Made by a program: the position numbers and the translations under genes
Part shown: piece by piece, positions 36,036 through 46,241 of the stretch
Layout of the letters: each line of letters starts with the position of its first letter
Numbering within the stretch: position 1 is the first letter of the stretch
Assembly: GCA_004431415.1 (NCBI GenBank)
Contig: QPMI01000701.1
Coordinates: 3,474-67,473, forward strand
Reading direction: 5' to 3'
DNA from: Cyanophora paradoxa CCMP329
Lineage: Eukaryota; Plantae; Glaucophyta
DNA length: 64,000 nt
Notes under the pieces: generated by a model
Databases searched by the model: none
Told to the model about the DNA's origin: nothing
Seen by the model: the letters and a program-made list of their open reading frames with translations, nothing else

Positions 36036-37977
36036 CTACAGGACGGAAGCGAGGTGCCAGTCGGCGTCCGCCTCGGCGAGCGCCCCGCCCTCGAAGAGGT
36101 ACAGCGCGTACCCCTCCCCGGCGGCGTGCCCCTCCCCGGCGGCGTGCCCCTCGCCGGCCTCTGCGGCCGCGTCGCCGTCGCCCTCGAAGGTCTGCGGGGC
36201 CTCCGCCTGGTACGCCACGAACTGCGCGGCCCACGCGGCGCGCCCCTCAGCTCGCGAGCAGGGGAAGCAAAGCAGACCGGCCGGGGGACCTGGTCGGCGT
36301 CGAGCAAGTTGGCGGGTTTCGAGAGGACCGTCACCGTTGCGTCGACCTTCACCGCCGCCGGCGTCGCGTTGGCGGCCGCCGGCGTCGCATTGGCGGCCGC
36401 CGGCGTCGCGTTGGCGGCCGCCGGCGTCGCGTTGGCGGCCGCCGGCGTCGCGTTGGCGGCCGCCGGCGTCGCGTTGGCGGCCGCCGGCGTCGCGTTGGCG
36501 GCCGCCGGCGTCGCGTTGGCGGCCGCCGGCGTCGCGTTGGCGGCCGCCGGCGTCGCGTTGGCGGCCGCCGGCGTTGCGGCGGTGGCCGGCGCCGGGGTCG
36601 CGAGAACGATCAAGGGTTTGATGGGCGGCGGGGCCTGTGCCGCTGGCGGGGCCGGTGCGGGGATGACGACAGCCGCGGGCTTCGCCGGGGCGGCCTCCTT
36701 GATGGGGGCGGCGGCCTTGGCGGGTCCCTTCGAAGCGGCCTTGGCGGCTCCCTTTGCGGCCTTTGCGGCGGCCTTGCACGCCTCGGCGTCGTACTTGAGC
36801 TCAGCGGCCGGCACCGGCACGCCTGCGACCGCGAGGGGCCGTCAGGGCGGGGGCCGGGAGGCGGGCGGGACGGGCGGGGCGGGCCCTTGAAGAGGGAGCG
36901 GGGGTCGTGCTTGGCCTCGGCGCGGACGCGGTTCTCGCTGATCGCCTCGCACTTGCCCTTGTAGACGCCCCGCACGAGCTGCTCGTTCTCCTCCGCCGCC
37001 GCCGGGTTCCCCGCCGACTCCACCTGGAAGTCCCCTGCGAGCCGCCCCCCCGGGCGAGCTCAGCGGCGGCGGGGGGCGGGGGCCGGGGGGCGCACCTCTG
37101 AGATTGTGGAGAGCGTGGATGAGCTCGTGGGCGAGGCCGACGAAGGGCTCGTGCGAGTCGGCGGTGCCGGTGTGGCACGTCGGGTCGTACTCGATGGTCG
37201 TCTCCTTCGGCTGCCCCGCCTGCACCCCCTCGTACGCCGTTGTCTTCGCCGCCCCGTGCTTCGGTACGATCACCACTGCCCCCCCGCGCCCCGCGCCCCG
37301 TCACCCCCGCCCCGCCCCCCGCGCCCGGCCGCCCGGGCCGCGCACCCGGCTTGTTCAGCTTCAGAGCGATCCGATCGACCTCCTTGATGAGCTTCTTCCC
37401 CGTCGCTGCGCGCGCGAGAGAGAGAGCGCGCTCCTCAGCCGCGGGGGCGGCCGGGGAGGGCGAAGGCGGGCCGGCGGCGCACGGCCCGTGCTCTTGAGCT
37501 TCATCAGGTCCGAGCAGGTCATCGACTTGAAGCTGCCGGCGCCATCAGGGCCTCGTCGCGGCTCCCAGCGGCCTTCGCCGGGGCTTACACAGTGCACTTT
37601 GCCTTGGAGATGGAGCCGGCCGGGCACTTCAGCAGGATGCCCTTGTTCTTCTGCTGCTCGACCTTGAAGCCGAGCTTCCCTGCGCGCCCCGCCACCATCA
37701 GCCGACGTCAACCGCCGATCTCAATCGCAGGTTGGCGGAGGCCGCGGGCGCGGTGGCGGAGGGTCGGCCGGTTCACTGGTCTTTGCCATCCCCAGCTCCG
37801 CTGGGGCAGCGGGCGACGCGCACCGAGGAAGCCCGGCTTCGGGACTCTGTAGCTGCAGGGCGTCGGCACTGCATCGTTGGCGTCGGCCATCGGCGCGTTC
37901 GGCTCATCCTTCACGGCAAACGCGAGCTCCTTGTCACCCCGCGTCGGCTCCCGGTGGAACCACTTAAGCAGGCCCAT
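36036..37977 (-). CDS. M91-family (NleD/HopH1-like) zinc metalloprotease with an (ATPAAAN)10 stalk
   Basis: Spliced: DLMKLKST|ATGKKLIKEV..TIEYDP..EPFVGLAHELIHALHNLR|G..EENEQLVRG..ISENRVRAEAKHDPRSLF. HExxH plus the downstream EE and SEN.xR.E motifs of M91. The start is approximate. Confidence 0.75.
36352..36575 (-). repeat. 21-bp coding tandem repeat x10 (ATPAAAN)
   Basis: gccggcgtcgcgttggcggcc is repeated 10 times, nearly perfectly. Confidence 0.95.
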
Positions 37978-38448
37978 CACGGCGGGCTGCAAACTCCAGG
38001 CGTCGGTCGCTCCAAGAATCGGAGCTCCGTGCTGGTGAAAGCGGGTGCAGGTACGTTTGTATCAAGTTAGCGCGCCTCTGTAGCTGGAGATCCCCCGGCG
38101 GCGAGAACACTAGCGCGGTAGCGCAGCCGCTCACCTCGCGCGCGTACCCCCCGATCCAGCTGGATCAAATCTTAACCGCCACCGAACCGTTGACGTGCGC
38201 TTAAGCTTCGGGCGCTCAGCGCGGCTGTTATTTGAGCTCGAGTTAGCCGCAAGGTACAAGCTCGAGCCGCCGCGCCGCCGCCCGCGACCCCGGCCCGGAG
38301 GAGAGGATCAGCGGTAGCTAAAGCTCATGATCATGATCAAGCGCTAGTGCCGCGCCCCGGTCCCGGGCTCCGCAAGCTGCCGATCCAGGCGCATGAACTA
38401 ATGCGCGTAAACTAGTACTATGGACTAGTACTATCAGGCTAGTATCAG

Positions 38449-41400
38449 CTATCGCCCCTGAGCGTCCACGGCGTAGAAAATGGGGCTTATCCGGGCCGCC
38501 GCCAGCACCTCGGCCACCGTCGTCACGCGGTTGAAGTCCTTGTCCCAGAGCTGCGGGCGGGAGGCGGTGAGGGGAAGGAGGGGCGGGGGCGGGGCCGGGG
38601 CCGGGGGGCGGGCGGGCCTCGACGAGGTGGACGCCGAAGTGGCGGGAGGCGTCGAGGAGGAGGGCGCCCACGTCGCCCCCGAAGCGCATCCCCCGCGTGC
38701 GCGTCTCCCCCGACTGCGGCAGCCGCCGCACGTTCAGCAGCGACGCCGTCTCCCCCGCCCACCCCGCCGCCCCCTGCAGCTGCCCCTCCTGCGCCTGCGC
38801 CTGCTGCTGCTGCTGCGCCCAGGCGGCGGCGGGGTGCGAGAAGGCGGCCCCCCCGAAGCAGGCGTACATCATCGCCTGCTGCGCCATCGCCGGGTGGCAC
38901 ATGACGGGCGCCATCCCGTACTGCGCCGCCGCCCCGTAGGGCGCCCCGCCGCCGCGCCCGCCCAGCCGCCCGCGCCCCGCATCGCCGCCGCATACTGCGC
39001 CTGCGCCTGCGCCGCCTGCGCCTGCGCCGCGGCCTGGGCCTGGGCCTGCGCTGCGGCCTGGGCCTGGGCCGCGGCGAAGGCCTGGGCCTGAGCCTGGGCG
39101 GAAATGGAGGAGGAGGAGGGGTCGAAGGAGGGCCGAGGAGCGCCCTCGGGGCGGCGGGGCGGGGGGCGGCGAGGCCGACCCCGACGAGGCCCCCCTTGGT
39201 CCTCCCCCTCCTCCACCTCCTCCCCTCCCCGCCGCTGCTCGCCCCTCGCTCTGCCGGCCCCCGGCCCGTCCGCGGCTGCGCGAGCGGAGGGGGCGCGGGG
39301 GCGGGGGCGGACCTGGCAGGAGCGGGAGCGGGGCCGGCGGGGGGGCGGCGGGAGCATGCGGCGGCGGAGACGTTGACGGCGAAGCCGAAGCGGGCGAGGA
39401 AGGCGCGGACGCGCTGGCGCCCCTCGGGGCTCTCCTGCGCGGGGTCCTGCACCCCGACCGCCGCCCGCTCCCCGGGCCCAAAGAGCGCCCGGTAGAAGGG
39501 CTGCTGCTCGTAGTCTGCGCCCCGCGCCCCGCCGCGGTGAGCCCCCGCCCCGCCCCCGACCCGCGAGGCCGGCACCCTCGAGGCGGTAGCACAGGCCGCG
39601 GCGGCTCGCCTCCTCGGGCCCCAGCGCTGCCGCCCCGCTCAGAGAGGCCGGGCGGGGCGCGCGGCCGGCGCACCGGCGATGAAGAGCGCGTCGCGCGTGC
39701 GGCGCGCAGCGAAGAGGCGCACGCCGTGCCGCAGGCCCATGCTCAGCTGCGCGGCGCTCGCGGGGCTGCGGCGCAGGCGGGGGGCGGGGCGGGGGCACGT
39801 TGGAGGTGCCCCAGTTGGTGCGGATGAAGAAGCGGGGGGGCTTGCAGGGGACGCAGTAGACGTGCGGGGGCAGGAGCTCGCACTCCTCGAGGGGCACGTT
39901 CTCCGCCGCCTCCTCGTCCGCCTCGGGCGGCTGCCCCTGCTGCAGCGCCGCCCGCCGCGCCTCGCTGGGGGCGAGCGCGAAGCAGTCGCAGCGGGCGAGG
40001 AGCCAGTCGAGGAGGCGCTTGGCGGCCGCCTGCGTGCCGGGGACGGGGTCGTGGACGCCGACGGCCGCCGCCGGCCCCTGCTCCCCGAAGAGCTCCCGGT
40101 AGAAGCCCTCCCCCGCGTACTCTGCCGCCCCCGCCCCCTCACCGCCCCGCCCTCCCCGCCCCGGCGCGAGGCGGGGCGGGCACCCCAGAGGGGGAAGCAG
40201 AGGCCCGGGCGGGTGGCGGCGGCGGCCCCGAAGAGGGCGATCGCGAGGCGGTCGCGGGCCCGGGAGAGGGCATCCGCCGCGCCCCCCGTCCTCCGCACCC
40301 GCACCCGCACCTGCGGCCCCGGGGCGCGTCAGCGGGGGGAGGGGGCGGGGGGGCGGGGGGGAGCCGGCCTCGACGTCGCCCCAGGTGAAGGCGACCTCGT
40401 AGGAGAGCTCGCCGAGGCCCGAGCAGCGCGACGCCGGCAGCTCCTCCACGTCCGGCGGCAGCCCCGCCCCCGCCCCGCCCCCGCCCCCTCGCCACCCGCA
40501 CCCGCGCAGCCGGCCCCCGCCGCGGCGCCGGCGGCGAGGCAGGGGCGGCGGGAGCGGTGCCCGGGGGGCGGGGGAGGGGAGGGAGGGCGCCGAGGGAGCG
40601 GAGGAAGGCGCGGAGGCGGCGGCGGGCGGGGCGGGTGCCTGGGTGGGGGTCGCGGAGGCCGACGGCGGGGGTGTGTGCGGGGCCGAAGAGGGCGCGGTAG
40701 AAGGGCTCGCGCTCGTACTCGAGCGGCTCGAAGGAGAGGTCGTGCTGCAGCGCGTCCGCGGGGCCGTGCAGCGCCAGCAGCGCCCGGTCCCGCCACTGCA
40801 TGAACGCCTGCGCCTCCGTGCCCCGCCCGAGGGCGGCCCGGAAGGGCGCCCCGCCCCACTCCAGGTCCAGGTGGTCCACCCCCTCCGGCGAGATCGCCCA
40901 CTGCGGGAGCGGCCCCGCCCGCCACTCCTCCGCCCCCTCCCCCTCGCTCCCCTCCCCCGGGGCCCCCGCCGGGGCCGCCCGCGCCTCCTCCCGCTCCTCC
41001 TTGGGGGCCACGGCGGGGGCCTCCTGCGGGAAGCGCTGGGCCTCGGGCGGGGCGGGGCGGGTTGAGAAGGAGGACGGACCTGGAGGGCGCCGACGGCGCG
41101 GAGGTACTCGACGAGGCGCCAGCGGCCGGGCAGCGTGCCGGGCTCGGGGTCGTGCACGCCGACCCGGGGCGGCTCCGCCGAGGCGAAGAGCTCCCGGTAG
41201 AAGCGCTCCCCCGCGTACTCTGCGCCGCCCCTCAGAGGCGGCCCCGCCGCCGCGCACGGGCCGCGCGCTGGCGCGCGCCCTCGAGCGGGTGCTCCAAGCG
41301 CGAGGCCGCCTCCGCCGGGCCGAGGCAGGCGATGATCACCCGGTCCCGCTCCCGCCCCGCCCCCTGCCGCCCCCCGTCGCACCAGCCGGCCCCAGAGCGA

Positions 41401-42338
41401 GCGCCGCCGCGCCGCGCCGCGCACATCGACGCCGCACTGGAGGGGGACGATGAACTGCGGGGCGCGTCGGGCGGGACGGGGCGGGGCGGGGCGGGGCGGA
41501 GGGGGCCGGGGGCGCGCGGGCGCACGTTGGCGCGGCGCCACTTGAGCTGGACGTAGTAGTGGCTCCCCGAGTAGAAGAGGCACCGCGGCAGGAGGTTCCC
41601 CCGCTCGTCCACGCACCGGCTGCGGCCCCCCGCCTGCGCCGCGCCCCCCGCTTGCGCCGCGCCCCCCGTATGCGCCGCGCCCCGGAGCGATCGCCAGCGC
41701 GCCCGGGCACCTCAGAGGCGGCATCCGCCTTCTTCCGCGGGCGCCCCCTTCCCCTTCTGCGCGGCATCCCCTTCCCCTTGGCCTCCTCCTCCTCCTCCTC
41801 CTCCTCCTCCTCGTCCTCCTCCTCCTCGTCCTCCTCGTCCTCGTCCGCCCCGTCCGCCTCCTCCCGCTCCTGCCCCCCCGCTTCCGCCTCCGCTTCCGCC
41901 TCCTCTCTCCGGAGCGCAGCCATTCCGGTCATTTCCTCGCGACGCACAGCTCCGGCCTGGAAGGGTGCATCCGTGAGCGCGCGCTGCGGAAGCGGTCGGC
42001 GCAGAAGCGAAGGTGGCACGGACCGCGTCGTCCGTCTCGTCGGCATCCCCTTTCGACGCCTCGCTTCCCTGCTCGGAATTCAGCGGAACGCCGCCGTTAC
42101 ATCACCGCCCCAACTCACTTTCTTCATCGTCGGTTCGGGCGGCGCGGGCGCAGGCTCCTCCTCATGACCGCGCCGCACCCGCTTTGCCGAGCTGCGAAAC
42201 TCCTCTGCGCGGCTAATAGCGTTGGGGGCCGCCACACAGAGCGGCGGAGCGCTTCTGCGGACCGTCTTTGGAACCGACTTCGTCGTCTTCGTCAGAGGGT
42301 TGATCGGCGCCGGCCGTTGGCACGCTGCTGTCGATCAT
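38449..42338 (-). CDS. Putative DNA-binding protein: AT-hook, four divergent AP2-like repeats, C-terminal KHA/ubiquitin-like module
   Basis: Acidic tract then RRRGRGRPRK. Four ~110-aa repeats with W..(R)DR/DA.....G......L.F/Y.L..Y....FYR.LF....VG..DP. C-terminal GGDVGALLLDASRHFG..LWDKDFNRVTTV. The AP2 and KHA assignments are inference. Confidence 0.6.
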
Positions 42339-42545
42339 GAAGTTGCAGCACTTAGCCGTCGAGCCTCCGGGATCCAGCGCCGAACCAACAGGCTGTGTGC
42401 GGGTGTACCCCGCCCCGCCGATCGAATTCTAAATTCCGGCTTCACCGCCCTTGAACACCGGCGGAAAGCGCTTGGAGCGATTTGCTTGGTGGAACTCCGA
42501 CGAAGCACAACTGAGCGAACCCTCGGTATCATTTGCCGGGCTCAA

Positions 42546-43760
42546 ATGCCGCCGAGGCCGCGAACGTGCGCGGCTTGCTTTTTGTCGCTCTACGACGCAT
42601 GCGGACTGGCGCTCTTCCTCCTCCGGACTGCGACGTTCAAGAAAACTTTGCCCAGGCCAGGTAGACGGCGATGCGCGCCCCGCCGTGTGCTGGCCCGACA
42701 CGCAACCGCAGTTGCGAGCTTTGACGACGCCACGCTCTCTCGAATCCGCGCAAGGCTGGCCGCCAGGCCACCCCGGCGCCTTCACCGGGAGCCCGATTGC
42801 GCCGTGCTTGTGCCCCTCGTGACAGTTGGACGAGAGAAAGAGCCGGCGCTTCTCTTCACGAGACGGCCTGTCAAGCTGCGCTCTCACGCCGGCCAGGTGA
42901 TCCGGGCCCCCGAAAGCCGCGCCGGCGGGGCGCCCCCTCGAAGCGCCTCGAGCTCACACGCAAGCGCGCGCACAGGTCTGCTTCCCCGGTGGCCGGGTGC
43001 GCGAGCGAGGCGGCTCTCGCGCAGGGCTCGCGGGGCGCGCCTGCTGAGCCGGCGGGCGGGGCGGGGCGTGCAGCGAGACGCGGAGGACGGGTCGCTGGAA
43101 GAGTGCGCGCTGCGGGAGCTGGAGGAGGAGGTGGGCGTGCCCCGCGCCCGCGTGCAGCTCCTCGGCGCCTTCCACGCCTGCATGACCCTCGGTGGTCGCC
43201 CCCGCCCCGGCCCCGCCCCGCCCCGCGCCCCTCCCGCCTGGCGCTGACGCGGGGCGGCGGGGCAGGCTCGGGGCACGTGGTGAGCCCCGTGCTGGGCTGG
43301 CTCGGCGCCTTCGAGGACCTCAAGATCGCCCCCTCGCCCGACGAGGTGCACCCCCCGCCCCCCTCACCCTTTACCCCCCCCCCCCCGACCGGGGTACGGT
43401 GGGCAGGTGGACGCGGTCTTCGCGACGCGGCTGTGCGACCTGGCGGACCCCGCCTTCACCCTGCCCCCGACCCTCGCCTCCGCCGACGGGCCCGTCTTCA
43501 GGGCCCCGCCCCGGTGCCTCCGACCCGCCCGCGCCCGCCGTCGCCCTCTCATCCCGCCCGCCCTCCCGCGCGGAGCGCCAGAGCCGGCTCGCCAGAGGGC
43601 GCCGCAACGCCCATCTGGGGAATGGCGCGCCCTGCCCTCCCCCCGCGCCCCGCGCGCGGCGGGGCTGACGTGGGGGCGGCAGACGGCGCGGCTGACCTGG
43701 GAGGTGCTTGACGGCGTCCTCTCCGATCCCGACGACCCCACCGCCCCCCGCACAGATTAG
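42546..43760 (+). CDS. Nudix hydrolase, CoA pyrophosphatase type (NUDT7/NUDT8-like)
   Basis: AVLVPLV..LLFTRRPVKLRSHAGQ|VCFPGGR|RDAEDGSLEECALRELEEEVG (UPF0035 motif + Nudix box), SPDE|VDAVF, IWGM|TA. Confidence 0.88.
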
Positions 43761-44185
43761 CCCGCCCCGAGGGCCCCAGCTCCCCGGCGTCCCTCTCCTC
43801 CCGCCATCGTGCTCGGATCTTGTGTTCGTTTTCGTCACATGAACTGTACTTGATTCGTGGCCCCTCGACTTGTCTGCTGTACACCTCAAGCCGGCGCCAT
43901 GCCCGCCGCCCCTCTCTCGGCCACGAGCCAGCTGGAGCAAACGGGGCGGGAATAATGAAGTACGCATTCGATTCACATAGTCTTACAACAACAGCAGCAT
44001 CATGTCTGCACAGGCTCTCAAAATTGGTCATAAATACGCTTCATAACTAAAACTAGGGCAAGTGTTATGCAGGCACGCCCGGATCCCGTCTACCCAAGCT
44101 GCCGAGGGAGGAGCCTAGAGGCAACATGAAACTGAACTGCACAGGAGAGCGCGGCGGCGCGCGCCGGCCGGCCGCGAGGAGAGGT

Positions 44186-45670
44186 TTACGCGAGGGTCTT
44201 CTTCTCGCCGTTGACGACGGCGTAGGCGCCGGTGGGGAAGATGTAGTCCGAGCCGCCGGGGCCGTGGATCTGGATGCCGGTGAAGACGGCGTAGTCGCAG
44301 TTCTTGCCCTTGGTCGACTTCTCGATGTAGCCCTGGAGGTACTCGGCCTGGGCCTCGGCGGCGGCCTGGGTGATCTCGGGGAGGCTCTTCTCGCCGCCGG
44401 CGCCGAGCTTGTCGAAGACGAGCTGGGCGAGGAGCGACTCCTCGAGGTCGCCGAAGTCAACCTCGGGGCGCTTGTCCATCTTGCCGTTCTTGTACCGGCC
44501 CTGGATCGCCACCAGCGCGCCGCACGCGTTGGACGGCGCAGCCCGGCCCACGCGGTTGCACGCCCCGATCGTCCCGTCCTCGCCGATGGCGATGTGCGGC
44601 GCCGCAATGAACACTGCGCGAGGCGGCTCAGCGACGCCGGCGGCTGCGAGGAGGGGCGCGCCAGGGGCACTGCGCACCGTACTTCTCCTTCTTGTCATCG
44701 CCGGTCTGGGGGGAGTGCGCCTCCGCCGCGCCGAACGCCGTCACACCCGCCGAAAGCATGCCGCCCATGCCCGCCAGGCCGGAGAGGTCGAACTGACCAG
44801 GGCGGAGAGTCAGCGCACAGTGCAGAGAGGCGCGGCGAGGGCACAGCGGGGCAGGCTCACCGCGCCGACGGCACCCTGGGCCCACGCGCCCTCGATCTTG
44901 CGGAAGAGGGGCTGGCAGAGCTCATCGCGGCACAGGCAGATGGCGGGGATGACGTTCTGCAGGGGGTAAGGGCCGGAACGGGGCGGGGCGGGGCGAGCGA
45001 GGGGCAGGGGCACCTTGCCGTTGAAGCCGAGGGGGTTCAGCTTCTTCTGGGTCTCCTTGATGAACGCCTCGCCGGTCACCGCGCCGGGGTAGAGCGCCTC
45101 GAGCTGCTCAGTGAAGGCCTTGGTCGCGGTGGCGGCGCTGCGCGGCGGGGCCGATCAGCGGGGAAGGCCGGCGCCAGGGCGGGGCGGGGCGGGGCGCACG
45201 CGAAGGCGGGCTTGGTCTTGACGGAGAGGAGGGCCTGGAGGGAGACGGCGGCCGCGGCGCCCATGACGGTACGGCGGCTGGTGGTCATCTTCTTCTCCTC
45301 GGCGACGGGCTGCGCGCGCCGGCCATCATTAGCCATCGGTCCAGCAGCGAGGCGACGCGAGGCGAGGCTAGGACCGTCCGCTAGGCTCTAGCAAGGCTAC
45401 GAGAGCAACGTACGCGCTCGCCTACGTGCGCGCGCGGTCGGCGGGGCGGCGAACCTTCTCGGCGGAGGCGGAGACCGAGAAGGAGGTGGAGGGGGCGGCG
45501 CGGGCGGCCTTCTTGGCGACGGCATCGCCGAAGAACGCCTTGTTCTGGACGCGCGCGGCGCAGCCGCAGGCCGGGCCATGGCCGCAGGGGGCCTTCACGC
45601 AGACGGCCGAGGCGGTGCTGACGGCCTGGCTGGCGCCGACGACGGGGGCGACGGTGGCGAACGCGTTCAT
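44186..45670 (-). CDS. LCIB: LCIB/LCIC-family (theta-type carbonic anhydrase) protein, paralogue 2, with bipartite transit + Tat signal
   Basis: MNAF.. transit peptide with KAFFG, then TSRRTVMGAAAAVSLQALLSVKTKPAFA. Catalytic domain ICLCRDE, FDLSGLAG, AEAHSP, PHIAIGEDG, SNACGAL, DYAVFTGIQIHGP. Confidence 0.92.
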
Positions 45671-46241
45671 GGTGCTGGCTGGGAGGGAGGCGGGAGGGCG
45701 GCGAACTTACTACACGACTGTCCGCCGGTTCTTCGCAGCTGCCGGGTCAACCTCGGTCCCCGTTGCGAACTGGCCCGCTGTTATAGGGTTCAAAAAAGTA
45801 ATAGTGGGAGAAATTTTATTAAAGAATGTCATTTCGAGGATGATGGAGCGATAAAGAGCTGCTGGGATAATGATAGTCATGATCACGGGGTGCCTCAAGG
45901 GGGCACCCCTACGGATCCCCTACGGCCACCTGCACCCGATCGAGCGCGCGCGGCCGTACGCGTTCGCGTACGCGTGTACGTGTCACAGTGTCCCTGCGCG
46001 GCCGGCGCGGCAGCCGCGGCTATACGCGCTAGCTATAGCTGTAGCTTGCGGTGCACGTGCGGCCCATATGGCAAGAGTCCCGACTTCATCGATATCCAAG
46101 ATTCCCAGATAGACGTTCTCCAGAGGCCGGAAGCGGTGGGCGGGGTCTCGAGCGAAGTCCTGCTATTCACTGAACCTACACTGTGACAGCTAGTCTAGAT
46201 CTGCCTGGGTCCTGCGTAAGCTAGCGGGCGGCGGCGGGGCC

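Noticed and set aside
36352-36575. 21-bp repeat arrays here and at 47352-47508 as CRISPR arrays
   Set aside because: They are head-to-tail repeats with no spacers, in frame within proteins, and no cas genes are present.
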